A stretch of 64,000 nucleotides of DNA from Pseudomonadota bacterium (GTDB lineage: Bacteria > Pseudomonadota > Gammaproteobacteria > Burkholderiales > Burkholderiaceae_C): the NCBI GenBank assembly GCA_040387235.1, contig JAZKEE010000130.1, positions 23,967-87,966 of the forward strand. The letters run 5' to 3'. The position numbers and the translations under genes are program-made. Numbering within the stretch: position 1 is the first letter of the stretch; the number at the start of each line of letters is the position of its first letter. The notes below the pieces were generated by a model. That model saw only the letters and a program-made list of their open reading frames with translations. It did no database searches and had not been told where the DNA came from. Positions 17,526 to 28,916 of the stretch are shown piece by piece.

Positions 17526-18398
17526 TCAGGCGGCAGCCGCCGGGCGTATGCGGTCGGCCAGCAGCTCCCAGATGGGGGTCAGCGTACCGGGCAGCGGCGG
17601 CAGGGTGCCCAGGTCGGTGTGCGATTCGTCGGGGCTGTGGAAGTCGCTGCCGCGCGATGCGGCCAGTCCGAATTCCTGGGCCATCGCTGCGTAGGTCACA
17701 TACTCCGGCGGGCTGTGGCTGCCGGTCACCACCTCCACGCCGCGTCCACCGTGGGCCTTGAACTCGGAGAACAGCGCGTACTCTTCGTTCGCGCTGAACT
17801 TGTAGCGCGCCGGATGGGCGATCACCGCCATGCCCCCGGCCTGCGTGATCCAGCGCACGGCATCGCCCAGGCTGGCCCAGCGGTGCGGCACGTAGCCGGG
17901 CTTGCCCTCGGTGAGAAAGCGGCGAAACACCTCGGAGGTGTCCCTGCAGACGCCTGTTTCGACCAGAAAGCGCGCGAAGTGCGTGCGCGAGATCAGCGCC
18001 GGATTGCCCACGAACTGCAGCGCGCCCTCATAGGCCCCCTCGATGCCCACCCGGGAGAGCTGTTGCGCCATGTCCTTGGCACGCTCGCCGCGTCCGCCGC
18101 GGGTGGCGGCCAGACCTTCGGCCAGCTGGGTGTTGTCAGGATCGAAGCCCAGGCCTACGATGTGGACGGTGGTATCTGCGAAGGTGACCGAGATCTCCAC
18201 GCCCGTGAGGTAGGCCATGCCCTGCGCGCGGGCGGCTGCTTCGGCCCGGTGCTGGCCGCCGATTTCGTCATGGTCGGTCAACGCCCACAGCTCCACCCCA
18301 TTGGCCTTGGCACGCGCAGCCAGCGCCTCCGGAGTCAGGGTTCCGTCGGATACCACGGAGTGGCAGTGCAGGTCGGCGTTGAGCAGGGTGGTGGTCAC
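17526..18398 (-). CDS. PHP-domain phosphoesterase (YciV/TrpH/RNase AM-like)
   Basis: DLHCHS..SDG, ALTDHD, GVEIS, HIVG, IAHP.RY, GSDFH. Confidence 0.9.
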   Translation of the reverse strand: MTTTLLNADLHCHSVVSDGTLTPEALAARAKANGVELWALTDHDEIGGQHRAEAAARAQGMAYLTGVEISVTFADTTVHIVGLGFDPDNTQLAEGLAATRGGRGERAKDMAQQLSRVGIEGAYEGALQFVGNPALISRTHFARFLVETGVCRDTSEVFRRFLTEGKPGYVPHRWASLGDAVRWITQAGGMAVIAHPARYKFSANEEYALFSEFKAHGGRGVEVVTGSHSPPEYVTYAAMAQEFGLAASRGSDFHSPDESHTDLGTLPPLPGTLTPIWELLADRIRPAAAA

Positions 18399-18587
18399 CG
18401 GGTCATTTTAGGGCTTGTACCGATAACGCGGCGTGCTGATTCCAGCAACACTGGTTACAAGCGAGCAGGGCACCTCCCGGTGCCCGCCTGCTGTCCTGGC
18501 AGCGATCGCTGGTTTGACGGTTTTCCTAAGGCAAGAACTCACAGAGCCGGACCAGACTGCTGTCCCGGCAGAGCGTAAGGATCAACC

Positions 18588-20381
18588 ATGAATTTCAACA
18601 ACCTGCGCGTGGCCCACAAGATGTGGAGCGTGATCCTGGGCTTGCTGGCACTGATGCTGGTGGCCGCCATCTTCACACAGTGGCATGGGCGGCGGGTGAC
18701 TGCCGACACCGAGGCGGCCGTCGAAAAATACGAGTCCGCCATCACCACGGCGGTGAGCTGGCGGGGCCTGGCCGAGGTGGCCGTCACCATGTCGATGGCC
18801 GGCTTCGTGACCACCGATGCCGCGCTCAAGGCCGATTTCGACGCGCGCGTGGCGGCCCTCACGGCCCGCATCACGCCGGTGCAGGAGAAAATCGGCAAAT
18901 CCTCGGTGTCGGCCGAAGACAAGGCGGCCCTGGCCAACGTGGCCGCCACGCGCGCCGACATCCGCGGCCAGACGGACAAGCTCAAGGCGCTGACCGACGC
19001 GGGCGATGCGGCGGCCAAGCAGGAGTACCTGGCCAGCGTCTACCGCCCGAAGGCGGTGGCCTATCTGGAGTCGATCGACAAGTTCGTGGCGGCGCAAGAG
19101 CGCCAGCGCGACCAGGCGGTGCAGGCGGCGCATGCCACACGCGACAACCTCGTGGTGATCGGCGCGGCCAGTGCCGTCGTGGTGGTGGTGCTGGGCATGC
19201 TGATGGCCGCCTTGCTGGTGCGCTCCATCACGCGGCCGCTCGACCGGGCGGTGCGCCTGGCCGAGGCCATTTCTGCCGGGGATCTCACGCAGGACATCCA
19301 GGATGACCGCAAGGACGAGCTCGGTGTGCTGACCCGGGCCCTGTCCGCGATGTCCACCCGCCTGCGCTCCGTGGTGAGCGAGGTGCGGGTCGGCGTGAAT
19401 TCGGTGTCCTCGGCCTCGGTGGAGATCGCCAACGGCAACCACGACCTGTCGGCACGCACCGAGCAGACGGCGTCCAACCTCGAAGAAACCGCCGCCAGCA
19501 TGGAGCAGCTGACGGCCACGGTCTCGCAATCGGCCGACACGGCACGCCAGGCCAACCAGCTGGCAGGCACCGCGGCCCAGGCGGCAGCGCGCGGCGGCGA
19601 AGTGGTGGGCCAGGTGGTCAGCAGCATGCAGCAGATCACCGACAGCTCGCGCAAGATCGCCGACATCATCGGCACCATCGACGGCATCGCCTTCCAGACC
19701 AACATCCTGGCGCTGAACGCGGCGGTGGAAGCGGCCCGGGCCGGCGAGCAGGGCCGGGGCTTTGCCGTGGTGGCCAGCGAAGTGCGCAGCCTGGCGGGCC
19801 GCAGCGCCGAGGCGGCCAAGGAGATCAAGGCCCTGATCAGCGCCAGCGTGGAGAACGTCGAGTCGGGCTCGGCCCAGGTGGCGCAGGCCGGGCAGAGCAT
19901 GGAAGAGATCGTATCGAGCGTGCGCCGGGTGAGTGACCTGATCGGGGAGATCACGGCCTCGTCCACCGAACAGCGCGACGGCATCGCCCAGGTCAACCAG
20001 GCGGTGACGCACCTGGATCAGATGACGCAGCAGAACGCGGCGCTGGTCGAGGAGTCCACGGCAGCGGCGGCTTCGATGCGCGACCAGGCGCAGAAGCTGG
20101 CCGAGGTGGTGGCGGTGTTCAACGTGGGGGCCATGCCTGCGCGGGCACCGGCGGCCCCCCAGCGCGCCGCGCCCGTGGCCAGCCGGGCCGTGCCGCCACC
20201 GGCGCGTCCCGCCGTTGCAGGCAAACCGGCAGCGCGCGCTGCAGCCCCCGCGACAGCGCGCCTGACTTCATCGGCTGCCAAGCCTGCGGCCCCCCACAAG
20301 CCCGCCGCAGCAGGGCCCGCACCAGCACCCGCCGCCCGGGCCACGGCCAAGGGCGGGGATGACGACTGGGAAAGTTTCTGA
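18588..20381 (+). CDS. methyl-accepting chemotaxis protein (4HB-type sensor) with C-terminal DWESF pentapeptide
   Basis: 2 TM, HAMP, MCP signal domain, Pro/Ala linker, terminal DWESF. Confidence 0.95.
   Translation: MNFNNLRVAHKMWSVILGLLALMLVAAIFTQWHGRRVTADTEAAVEKYESAITTAVSWRGLAEVAVTMSMAGFVTTDAALKADFDARVAALTARITPVQEKIGKSSVSAEDKAALANVAATRADIRGQTDKLKALTDAGDAAAKQEYLASVYRPKAVAYLESIDKFVAAQERQRDQAVQAAHATRDNLVVIGAASAVVVVVLGMLMAALLVRSITRPLDRAVRLAEAISAGDLTQDIQDDRKDELGVLTRALSAMSTRLRSVVSEVRVGVNSVSSASVEIANGNHDLSARTEQTASNLEETAASMEQLTATVSQSADTARQANQLAGTAAQAAARGGEVVGQVVSSMQQITDSSRKIADIIGTIDGIAFQTNILALNAAVEAARAGEQGRGFAVVASEVRSLAGRSAEAAKEIKALISASVENVESGSAQVAQAGQSMEEIVSSVRRVSDLIGEITASSTEQRDGIAQVNQAVTHLDQMTQQNAALVEESTAAAASMRDQAQKLAEVVAVFNVGAMPARAPAAPQRAAPVASRAVPPPARPAVAGKPAARAAAPATARLTSSAAKPAAPHKPAAAGPAPAPAARATAKGGDDDWESF
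19400..20110 (+). repeat. ~710-bp near-identical direct repeat (MCP signalling domain), copy 1
   Basis: matches 21435-22145 with about 5 synonymous differences by eye. Confidence 0.9.
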
Positions 20382-20622
20382 GCCTGGTGGTTGACCTGGT
20401 TCATGCCGCGGCCGGCGCCGGGGGCGCCAAAGCGCCCCGGACGGTGCGCAACGGCTTCTGGTCTGTCGGGCGCGCCTCTGACATTCGGGTTTGTCCCGGT
20501 GGGCGGAGCGTGCCGAGCGCTTGTGGCTAGCGTAGGCTATGCCTTGTGATGAATGTAATTGAATGTTTCCGCCGATGGGCGTGCGAGACATGGCAACGTC
20601 ACAGGTTCACAAGGAAATGAGC

Positions 20623-22437
20623 ATGCAATTCGACAATATCCGCGTCTCCCGCAAGCTGTGGGGGGCATTCCTGGGGCTGATGATCGCGATGCTGCTGCTC
20701 TCCAGCTTCGCGCAGAACCGGGGCAACAACTCCATGACCTCGGCATTGGATGCCGTGATCGAGATCGAGGCGCGCATTTCCGCCGCCGTGCGCTGGCGCG
20801 GCGCCACCGAGACGGCCGTCAACATGGTCATGGGCGGCGCGGTGACCACCGATGCCGTGCTGTCCGAGCAGTACGGCGCCAAGGTCAAGGAAATCATCGG
20901 CGCCATCAACAAGGTGCAGGAAAAGATCATCGCCTCCGCCACGGCGCCTGAAGAAAAGGCGGCGCTGGACAAGGTGCTGGAGGCCCGCAAGGCCGTGCTG
21001 GCGGCAACCGCCAAGACCTGGGAGCTCAAGGGTGCCGGCGACGCCGTGGCCACCCAGCAGTTCGCAGACAACGAGTTCGCGCCCCTGGTCACGAAGTACC
21101 TCAAGGCCCAGGACGACTTCGTGACCACCCTGGAGCAGCGCCGCGATGCCATCCGCGCAGACGCCACGGCACGCCGCGTCGAGTACGCCATCTCGGGCAT
21201 CATCATGTCCATGGTGCTGCTGGCGGTGGGCATCTTCCTGGCCTGGAGGCTGGTGCACTCCATCAGCGACCCGCTCAACCAGGCGGTGACGACCATCGAT
21301 GCCATTGCCGCTGGCGACCTCACGCGTGAGCTGCAGTCCACCCGCAAGGACGAGTTCGGCCACATGCTGCGCTCGCTGTCGGCCATGTCGGCACGCCTGC
21401 GCGGCGTGGTCAGTGAGGTGCGCCATGGCGTGGATTCGGTGTCCTCGGCCTCGGTGGAGATCGCCAACGGCAACCATGACCTGTCGGCACGCACCGAGCA
21501 GACGGCGTCCAACCTCGAAGAAACCGCGGCCAGCATGGAGCAGCTGACGGCCACGGTCTCGCAATCGGCCGACACGGCACGCCAGGCCAACCAGCTGGCA
21601 GGCACCGCGGCCCAGGCGGCAGCGCGCGGCGGCGAAGTGGTGGGCCAGGTGGTCAGCAGCATGCAGCAGATCACCGACAGCTCGCGCAAGATCGCCGACA
21701 TCATCGGCACCATCGACGGCATCGCCTTCCAGACCAACATCCTGGCGCTGAACGCGGCGGTGGAAGCGGCCCGGGCCGGCGAGCAGGGCCGGGGCTTTGC
21801 CGTGGTGGCCAGCGAAGTGCGCAGCCTGGCGGGCCGCAGCGCCGAGGCGGCCAAGGAGATCAAGGCCCTGATCAGCGCCAGCGTGGAGAACGTCGAGTCG
21901 GGCTCGGCCCAGGTGGCGCAGGCCGGGCAGAGCATGGAAGAGATCGTATCGAGCGTGCGCCGGGTGAGTGACCTGATCGGGGAGATCACGGCCTCGTCCA
22001 CCGAACAGCGCGACGGCATCGCCCAGGTCAACCAGGCGGTGACGCACCTGGATCAGATGACACAGCAGAACGCGGCGCTGGTCGAGGAGTCCACGGCGGC
22101 AGCGGCTTCGATGCGCGACCAGGCGCAGAAGCTGGCCGAGGTGGTATCCATGTTCAACGTCGGCGCCGTGGCTGTGCGAGCGCCTGCCGCGCCGCCGCGT
22201 GCGGCCGCCGCACCACGCCTCGCGCCGGCCGCCAGCCGGGCCGTGCCGGCACCGGCGCGCACGGCCATTGCCGGCAAACCCGCCGCACGGGCCGCTGCAC
22301 CGGCAGCTGCGCGCCTGACCTCCTCCGTGCCCAAGAAGGCGACGGCTGCCCACAAGCCCGCTGCCGCAGGTCCCGCACCGGCACCGGCCCCCCGCGCCAC
22401 GGCCAAGGGGGGAGACGACGACTGGGAAAGCTTCTGA
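20623..22437 (+). CDS. methyl-accepting chemotaxis protein (4HB-type sensor) with C-terminal DWESF pentapeptide
   Basis: same architecture as the upstream paralog; AAGGA RBS. Confidence 0.95.
   Translation: MQFDNIRVSRKLWGAFLGLMIAMLLLSSFAQNRGNNSMTSALDAVIEIEARISAAVRWRGATETAVNMVMGGAVTTDAVLSEQYGAKVKEIIGAINKVQEKIIASATAPEEKAALDKVLEARKAVLAATAKTWELKGAGDAVATQQFADNEFAPLVTKYLKAQDDFVTTLEQRRDAIRADATARRVEYAISGIIMSMVLLAVGIFLAWRLVHSISDPLNQAVTTIDAIAAGDLTRELQSTRKDEFGHMLRSLSAMSARLRGVVSEVRHGVDSVSSASVEIANGNHDLSARTEQTASNLEETAASMEQLTATVSQSADTARQANQLAGTAAQAAARGGEVVGQVVSSMQQITDSSRKIADIIGTIDGIAFQTNILALNAAVEAARAGEQGRGFAVVASEVRSLAGRSAEAAKEIKALISASVENVESGSAQVAQAGQSMEEIVSSVRRVSDLIGEITASSTEQRDGIAQVNQAVTHLDQMTQQNAALVEESTAAAASMRDQAQKLAEVVSMFNVGAVAVRAPAAPPRAAAAPRLAPAASRAVPAPARTAIAGKPAARAAAPAAARLTSSVPKKATAAHKPAAAGPAPAPAPRATAKGGDDDWESF
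21435..22145 (+). repeat. ~710-bp near-identical direct repeat, copy 2
   Basis: matches 19400-20110. Confidence 0.9.
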
Positions 22438-22547
22438 CCGCAGGCGCTGCAACGGGGCAGCGCTCCCGCAGACAATCCACCAAGGCAGCGCAGGCTGCCT
22501 TTGCCATTCCTGAGACTGCAACTTACCGACGGAAAGAAAGCCTTCCC

Positions 22548-22772
22548 ATGCCCCTGATCAACATTCGCCTGGCCAACCGCGACATCCCCACCACCTCGGC
22601 CCAGAAGGCCGCGCTGATTGCCGGTGTGACGCGCCTCATGCAGGAGGTGCTCGACAAGAAGCCCGAGACCGTGACCGTCATCATCGATGAGATAGACCCC
22701 GACAACTGGGGCGTGGGCGGCGAGCAGGTGACGGTGGTGCGCCAGCGCGGCAAGGGGCCCGTGCAGGCGTGA
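22548..22772 (+). CDS. 4-oxalocrotonate tautomerase family protein
   Basis: N-terminal catalytic Pro (MPLINI), QKAALI..VT, V.VIIDEID.DNWGVGG. Confidence 0.92.
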   Translation: MPLINIRLANRDIPTTSAQKAALIAGVTRLMQEVLDKKPETVTVIIDEIDPDNWGVGGEQVTVVRQRGKGPVQA

Positions 22773-22785
22773 GCAGCGCGCCGCG

Positions 22786-24501
22786 CTAGATTTCTGCGCC
22801 TTCCACGAGGAACTGCACCTTGCGTTCCCCGCGCCACTCGTTGACATCGAGGCGAAAGGCCAGCAGCACGCGGGCCGGCAGTTGGTCGGTGTGTCCGAAC
22901 CAGATGGCGTCGACGGGGTTGCCCTGGTGCATGAGCTTGATGGACAGGTGGTTCTTGGCTTCGCCCACCAGCCGCTGGCTCAGTACCACCACCTCTTCGC
23001 TGAAGGTCGGGGGCGCAAAGCCCTGGCCCCAGACCTCGCGGTGCAGGGTATCGACCACGTCGGCACTGCAGTATTCGGGCGCCAGCGGGCCATCGGTCTC
23101 GATGCGGCGCGTGAGCGTCGATGCGTCGAGCCATTCCTGCGCCACCTGGGCCAGGGCCTGCTCGAAGGTCTCGAATGCCTCTGCGGCCACGGTGCAGCCT
23201 GCGGCCATGGCATGGCCGCCGAACTTGAGCAGCACGCCCGGGTGGCGCTTGGCCACCAGGTCCAGCGCATCGCGCAGGTGAAAGCCGGGGATGGAGCGGC
23301 CCGAGCCCTTGAGCTCGTGCTCCTTGCCCGGCGCACTGCTGGCAGCGAACACGAAGGTCGGGCGGTGCAGCCTGTCCTTGATGCGCGAGGCGACGATGCC
23401 CACCACGCCTTCATGGAAGTCGGGGTCGAAGACGCTGATGGCCGGCGGCGGATCCTCGCTCTCATCGAACAGGTTCTCGGCCATCAGCATGGCCTGCTCG
23501 CGCATGCCGCCTTCGATCTCGCGGCGCTCGCGGTTGATGGCGTCCAGTTGTCCCGCCAGGTCGCTGGCCCGGCCCGCATCGTCGGTCAGCAGGCACTCGA
23601 TGCCCAGCGTCATGTCCGCCAGGCGGCCAGCGGCATTGATGCGCGGCCCCAGTGCAAAACCGAAATCGAAGGTGGTGGCCACCGGGGCCTTTCGGCCCGC
23701 CGCCGTGAACAGCGCGGCCACGCCGGCCGGCATGGCGCCAGCGCGGATGCGCCGCAGGCCCTGGGCCACCAGGCGGCGGTTGTTGGCGTCCAGGCGCACC
23801 ACGTCGGCCACGGTGCCCAGGGCCACCAGCGTGAGCAGTGGGTCGAGCTTGGGCTGGCTGGCCGTGTCGAACATGCCACGCTTGCGCAGTTCGGAGCGCA
23901 GTTCCATCAACACATAGAACATCACGCCCACGCCGGCCAGGGACTTGCTTTCGAAGGTGCAGCCAGGCTGGTTGGGGTTGACCATGGCATCGGCCGCTGG
24001 CAGTTCGGGGCCGGGCAGGTGGTGGTCGGTCACGAGGACCTTGAGGCCCAGGGCCTTGGCCTCGGCCACGCCCTCGACGCTGGCGATGCCGTTGTCCACG
24101 GTGATCAGCACGTCGGCGCCGCGCTCCTTCACGCGGCGGGCGATGGGCGGCGTCAGGCCGTAGCCATCGGTCACGCGGTCGGGCACCAGGTAGTCCACGT
24201 GCTTTGCCCCCAGCAGGCGCAGGCCGCGCACGGCCACGGCGCAGGCGGTGGCACCATCGCAGTCGTAGTCGGCCACCACGCACAGGTGCAGGTTCTGCCC
24301 CATGGCGTCGGCCAGCAGCGTGGCTGCCTGCTGGATGCCCATGAGCCCGGCGGGCGGCAGCAGGCGGGCCAGCCCGTCGTCCAGCTCGTCCTTGTCGCGC
24401 ACGCCGCGCGCTGCGTACAGGCGTGCCAGCAACGGGTGCACGCCGGCCTGCTCCAGCGCCCAGGCGGCGCGCGGGGGGATGTCTCTTGCCGTGATCTTCA
24501 T
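22786..24501 (-). CDS. recJ: single-stranded-DNA-specific exonuclease RecJ
   Basis: DYDCDG, ITVDNG, TDHH, GPRINAAGRL, GSGRS, GGHAMAAG. Confidence 0.97.
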   Translation of the reverse strand: MKITARDIPPRAAWALEQAGVHPLLARLYAARGVRDKDELDDGLARLLPPAGLMGIQQAATLLADAMGQNLHLCVVADYDCDGATACAVAVRGLRLLGAKHVDYLVPDRVTDGYGLTPPIARRVKERGADVLITVDNGIASVEGVAEAKALGLKVLVTDHHLPGPELPAADAMVNPNQPGCTFESKSLAGVGVMFYVLMELRSELRKRGMFDTASQPKLDPLLTLVALGTVADVVRLDANNRRLVAQGLRRIRAGAMPAGVAALFTAAGRKAPVATTFDFGFALGPRINAAGRLADMTLGIECLLTDDAGRASDLAGQLDAINRERREIEGGMREQAMLMAENLFDESEDPPPAISVFDPDFHEGVVGIVASRIKDRLHRPTFVFAASSAPGKEHELKGSGRSIPGFHLRDALDLVAKRHPGVLLKFGGHAMAAGCTVAAEAFETFEQALAQVAQEWLDASTLTRRIETDGPLAPEYCSADVVDTLHREVWGQGFAPPTFSEEVVVLSQRLVGEAKNHLSIKLMHQGNPVDAIWFGHTDQLPARVLLAFRLDVNEWRGERKVQFLVEGAEI

Positions 24502-25448
24502 AGCTGGGGCGCCATCTGCGCAAAGCGGGTGGGCTTGAAATAGGCCTGGATGCGCTGCACCAGTCCGCGTGGGGCGGTGTGCAAGGCCAGGGCGGCACGT
24601 TCGCCGCACAGCGTGAGGCGCACGGCGCTGCCCTGCTCGGCCTGGCGCAGCAGCCCGGCCACCGGGCCCGCATCCAGCGCAGCCCAGGCGGCACCCCAGG
24701 TGCGCCAGTCTTCGCGCAAGGCGGCGTCGCGCAGGACCAGGGGCATCTCGGGCGCGGGCGTGGCCGTGGTGGCGGGCAGGGTGCCAGCACCATGCACCCA
24801 GAAGGAGTTGACCATGGGCAGGCCATGCTCCGCGCGCGCATCGTTGAAGGCATGGGTGTACAGCAGCATCTGCATCTCGCTGTTCAGGCGTTGCAGGGTG
24901 CGGGCTTGGGCGGCATCGGGCATCCACGCGCGCACGTCGCGCAGCAACACGCGGTCAAGCGAGGCGGTGGCCAGGCCGGCGAACAAGGGGCCTTCGGCCA
25001 GCCAGCGGGTGGGCTGGTCGTAGTGCAGGTGGATGCCGTCCTCGGCGAACCAGGGCGAGACGATGGCCAGCAGCGCGCGCGAGGATTCTTCGGTGAGGCC
25101 CAGGGCCTGAGGGTCGCGCAAGGTGATGTGGTCGGTCGTCACCTGCCACTGGCAGGGCGTGACGAAGGCCCAGGCCTTGCCGTCCGCGGGCTGGCCTTGT
25201 TGCTGGCGGTACCAGGCAGCCCAGGGCGTGCGCCCATCGTCCGGGGGCAAGCCCAGGGCCTGGGCCAGGGCGCGTTCATGGGGAGAGGAGAAGCTGGTTT
25301 CCTCCGCCGTGCTGGAATGCGCCGGGTCGGTCGCAAGCCGCGCCAGCAGGCGGTCCAGGTGCGGCAGGGGCAGGCTGGCCAGCGTTTGCTGGCACCCCTC
25401 GGAGGCGCTGGCAGCGTAGGGGATGAGCAAATGGGGGATGTCCGACAT
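24498..25448 (-). CDS. conserved recJ-associated protein (phosphoglycerate-mutase-like fold, RpfE-type)
   Basis: 4-nt overlap with recJ start; motif SEMQMLLYTH..N..R...G...VNSFW..G.G. Confidence 0.7.
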   Translation of the reverse strand: MSDIPHLLIPYAASASEGCQQTLASLPLPHLDRLLARLATDPAHSSTAEETSFSSPHERALAQALGLPPDDGRTPWAAWYRQQQGQPADGKAWAFVTPCQWQVTTDHITLRDPQALGLTEESSRALLAIVSPWFAEDGIHLHYDQPTRWLAEGPLFAGLATASLDRVLLRDVRAWMPDAAQARTLQRLNSEMQMLLYTHAFNDARAEHGLPMVNSFWVHGAGTLPATTATPAPEMPLVLRDAALREDWRTWGAAWAALDAGPVAGLLRQAEQGSAVRLTLCGERAALALHTAPRGLVQRIQAYFKPTRFAQMAPQL

Positions 25449-25528
25449 CCCCCTATTGTCCGGGATGCCACAATCGCTCCCGCCGGGCTCGGCTATCCCA
25501 TCAGGGTTCAGGCACTTTTTTCCCATCC

Positions 25529-26785
25529 ATGCAACTTCCCTACGAACTGGCCCTGGGCCTGCGCTACACCCGCTCGGGCCGGGCCACGCGGCGCAATGGT
25601 TTCATTTCCTTCATCTCCGGAGCCTCCATGCTGGGCATCGCCCTGGGGGTGGCCGCGCTGATCGTGGTGCTCAGCGTGATGAACGGCTTTCAGAAGGAAG
25701 TGCGCGAGCGCATGCTGGGCGTGGTCGCCCACATCGAGATTTTTGCGCCCCAGGGCGCCGCCATGCAGGATGCGGCACGCACCATGGCCGAAGCGCGCAA
25801 GAATCCGGCGGTCACCGGCGCCGCCCCGTTCGTGGCGGCCCAGGCGCTGATCGCGCATGGCGACGACATGAAGGGGGCGCTGGTGCGTGGCATCGATCCC
25901 GCGCTCGAAGGCAGTGTGACTTCGCTGGCGCAGGCCAATGCCGAGGTGCTGGCATCGCTGGTCCCCGGGCAGTTCCGCGTGGTGTTGGGCAGTGAGCTGG
26001 CCAAGTCGCTGGGCGTGAAGGCCGGTGACGCCGTGACCCTGGTGGTACCCGTGGCCCAGGGCGGCAGTGGCAGCCAGGGCGGCCCGCGCTACCAACCGCT
26101 CACGGTGGCGGGCACGGTGGATTCGGGCCATTTCCAGTACGACTCCACCCTGGTCTGGATGCACCAGGACGATGCCCTGGCCATCTTCGGCCTGCGCGGC
26201 CCCACGGGCATCGGCCTGAAGCTGCAGGACCTGCAGCAGGCCAATGCCGTGGCCATACAGCTCGCACACACGCTTAGCGGTGACCTGCTGCTGCGCGACT
26301 GGACGCAGCAGAACCGCACCTGGTTCGAGGCCGTGCGGCTGCAAAAACGCATGATGTTCATCATCCTGGCACTGATCGTGGCGGTGGCGGCCTTCAACCT
26401 CGTCTCGACCCTGGTGATGACGGTCAACGACAAGCGCGCCGACATCGCCATCCTGCGCACGCTGGGCGCCAGCCCGAAAAGCATCATGACCGTCTTCGTG
26501 GTGCAGGGCGCCATGGTGGGCGTGATCGGCACCCTGGCCGGCCTGGCGCTGGGCCTCTCCATCGCCTACAACATCGACATCATCGTGCCCGCCATCGAGA
26601 AGGCGCTGGGCGCCACCTTCCTGCCCAAGGACATCTACCTGATCGACCGCATGCCCAGCGAGCCGCAGAGCACCGATATCGTCCCCATCGCCCTCATCTC
26701 GCTGGCGCTGGCCTTTGTCGCCACCCTGTACCCGAGCTGGCGCGCCAGCCGCGTGAACCCCGCAGAAGCCCTGCGGTACGAGTGA
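25529..26785 (+). CDS. lipoprotein-releasing ABC transporter permease, paralog 1 (LolC/E/F family)
   Basis: [61 protein letters not shown]. Confidence 0.93.
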   Translation: MQLPYELALGLRYTRSGRATRRNGFISFISGASMLGIALGVAALIVVLSVMNGFQKEVRERMLGVVAHIEIFAPQGAAMQDAARTMAEARKNPAVTGAAPFVAAQALIAHGDDMKGALVRGIDPALEGSVTSLAQANAEVLASLVPGQFRVVLGSELAKSLGVKAGDAVTLVVPVAQGGSGSQGGPRYQPLTVAGTVDSGHFQYDSTLVWMHQDDALAIFGLRGPTGIGLKLQDLQQANAVAIQLAHTLSGDLLLRDWTQQNRTWFEAVRLQKRMMFIILALIVAVAAFNLVSTLVMTVNDKRADIAILRTLGASPKSIMTVFVVQGAMVGVIGTLAGLALGLSIAYNIDIIVPAIEKALGATFLPKDIYLIDRMPSEPQSTDIVPIALISLALAFVATLYPSWRASRVNPAEALRYE

Positions 26786-26813
26786 AGAAGAAGAAAGCGC
26801 GCACAGCAAATCT

Positions 26814-28067
26814 ATGCAAATCCCCTACGAACTGGCCCTGGGCTGGCGCTACACCCGCGCGGGCCGTGCCACGCGGCGCGATGGTTTCATCTCGTTCATC
26901 TCGGGTGTGTCCATGCTGGGCATCGCCCTCGGTGTGGCGGCGCTGATCATCGTGCTGTCGGTGATGAACGGCTTTCAGCGCGAGGTGCGCGACCGCATGC
27001 TCAGCGTGGTGTCGCACATCGAGATTTTGGCGCCCCAGGGCGCGCCGCTGCCGGACGTCGCCACCACCCTGGCCGAGGTCAAGCGCAACCCGAATGTGAC
27101 GGGGGCCGCGCCCTTCGTCTCGGCCCAGGCGCTGCTCTCGCGCGGCCAGGACATGCGCGGTGCGCTGGTGCGCGGCATCGACCCGGCGCTCGAAAGCTCG
27201 GTGACGGATCTGGCCGCAGGCAACGAGAAGACGCTCAAGCTCCTGGTGCCCGGCGAGTTCCGTGTGGTGCTGGGCGGCGAGCTGGCGCGCTCGCTGGGCG
27301 TGCGCACCGGGGACGTGGTGACGCTGATCGCACCCGCTGGCCAGGTCACTCCGGCCGGCGTGGTGCCGCGCCTCAAGCAGATGACGGTGGCCGGCACCTT
27401 CGATTCGGGCCACTACGAATACGACTCGGCCCTGGTGCTGCTGCACCACGAGGATGCCCAGCGCATCTTCCGCCTGGAATCCCCCACCGGGATCCGCTTG
27501 AAGCTCCAGGACGTGCACCAGGCACGCGCAGTGGCGGCCGAGCTGGCGGGCACCGTGACCGGTGGGCTGGTGATCCGCGACTGGACGCAGCAGAACCGCA
27601 CCTGGTTCGCCGCCGTGCAGCTCGAAAAGCGCATGATGTTCATCATCCTCACCCTCATCGTGGCGGTGGCGGCCTTCAACCTCGTCTCCACCCTGGTGAT
27701 GACGGTGACCGACAAGCGCGCCGACATCGCCATCCTGCGCACCCTGGGCGCCAGCCCGAAAAGCATCATGGGCGTGTTCGTGGTGCAGGGGGCCATGGTG
27801 GGTGTCATCGGCACCCTGGCCGGCCTGGCGCTGGGCCTGGCCATCGCCTTCAACATCGACGTCATCGTGCCGGCCATCGAGCGGGCGCTGAACGCGAGCT
27901 TCCTGCCCAAGGACATCTACCTCATCAGCAAGATGCCCAGTGACCCGCAAAGCGCGGACATCGTGCCCATCGCCCTCATTTCCCTGGTGCTGGCCTTCGT
28001 GGCCACCCTGTACCCCAGCTGGCGCGCCAGCCGTGTGAACCCCGCCGAGGCGCTTCGCTATGAATAA
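26814..28067 (+). CDS. lipoprotein-releasing ABC transporter permease, paralog 2 (LolC/F-like, Hook intact)
   Basis: same motifs as paralog 1; Hook-like [10 protein letters not shown]; overlaps lolD start. Confidence 0.93.
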   Translation: MQIPYELALGWRYTRAGRATRRDGFISFISGVSMLGIALGVAALIIVLSVMNGFQREVRDRMLSVVSHIEILAPQGAPLPDVATTLAEVKRNPNVTGAAPFVSAQALLSRGQDMRGALVRGIDPALESSVTDLAAGNEKTLKLLVPGEFRVVLGGELARSLGVRTGDVVTLIAPAGQVTPAGVVPRLKQMTVAGTFDSGHYEYDSALVLLHHEDAQRIFRLESPTGIRLKLQDVHQARAVAAELAGTVTGGLVIRDWTQQNRTWFAAVQLEKRMMFIILTLIVAVAAFNLVSTLVMTVTDKRADIAILRTLGASPKSIMGVFVVQGAMVGVIGTLAGLALGLAIAFNIDVIVPAIERALNASFLPKDIYLISKMPSDPQSADIVPIALISLVLAFVATLYPSWRASRVNPAEALRYE

Positions 28068-28788
28068 GAACAACGCTCCATCCGCCCACTCCCTGCCCGC
28101 CGCCCCTCCCGCCCGGGGCGAGGTGGTGTTGCAGGCCCAGGGCCTGACCAAACGCTTCACCGAAGGCCGCCTGGACGTGACCGTGCTGCATGGTGTGGAC
28201 CTGCAGGTGCATGCCGGCGAAACCTTGGCCATCGTCGGCGCCTCGGGATCCGGCAAAAGCACCATGCTGCACCTGCTGGGCGGGCTCGACGCGCCCACGG
28301 CCGGCAGCGTGCGCCTGAAGGGCCAGCAGCTCTCGGTGCTGTCGCCCGAGCAGCAGGGCCGGTTGCGCAATCAGCACCTGGGTTTCATCTACCAGTTCCA
28401 CCACCTGCTGCCCGAATTCACGGCGCTGGACAACGTGGCCATGCCGCTGCGCATCCGCCGCATGCCCCAGGCGCAGTGCCATGAAGAGGCCGCGCGCGTG
28501 CTCGCCTCGGTGGGCCTCAAGGAGCGCCTGCACCACCGCCCGGCTGAGCTGTCGGGCGGCGAGCGCCAGCGCGTGGCCATCGCGCGCGCCCTGGTCACGC
28601 GCCCGGCCTGCGTGCTGGCAGACGAGCCCACCGGCAACCTGGACCGCACCACCGCCGACGGCGTCTTCGCGCTCATGCTGCAACTGGCGCGCGAGCAGGG
28701 CACGGCCTTTGTGATGGTCACGCACGACGAATCGCTGGCCGCGCGCTGCGACCGCGTGGTGCACCTGGTGCTGGGCAAGCTCGGTTAG
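28060..28788 (+). CDS. lolD: lipoprotein-releasing ABC transporter ATP-binding protein
   Basis: Walker A GASGSGKS, LolD motif [40 protein letters not shown]. Confidence 0.95.
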   Translation: MNKNNAPSAHSLPAAPPARGEVVLQAQGLTKRFTEGRLDVTVLHGVDLQVHAGETLAIVGASGSGKSTMLHLLGGLDAPTAGSVRLKGQQLSVLSPEQQGRLRNQHLGFIYQFHHLLPEFTALDNVAMPLRIRRMPQAQCHEEAARVLASVGLKERLHHRPAELSGGERQRVAIARALVTRPACVLADEPTGNLDRTTADGVFALMLQLAREQGTAFVMVTHDESLAARCDRVVHLVLGKLG

Positions 28789-28916
28789 CGATCCGGGCCC
28801 TGGCGCAGGCCTTAAAGTCCGCGGCACGCGGACGCACCTGTGCATGCCACCGAAACGCCCGTGGCGGGGCGAACAGGCCCTAAGATGCATGGAGTCCGCT
28901 TCAGGAGAGCCCGCAG

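Noticed and set aside
18399-18587. Possible c-di-GMP riboswitch or sigma-28 promoter upstream of the MCP
   Set aside because: Hairpins are present but no GEMM consensus; ACCGATAA is -10-like but lacks a properly spaced TAAA -35.
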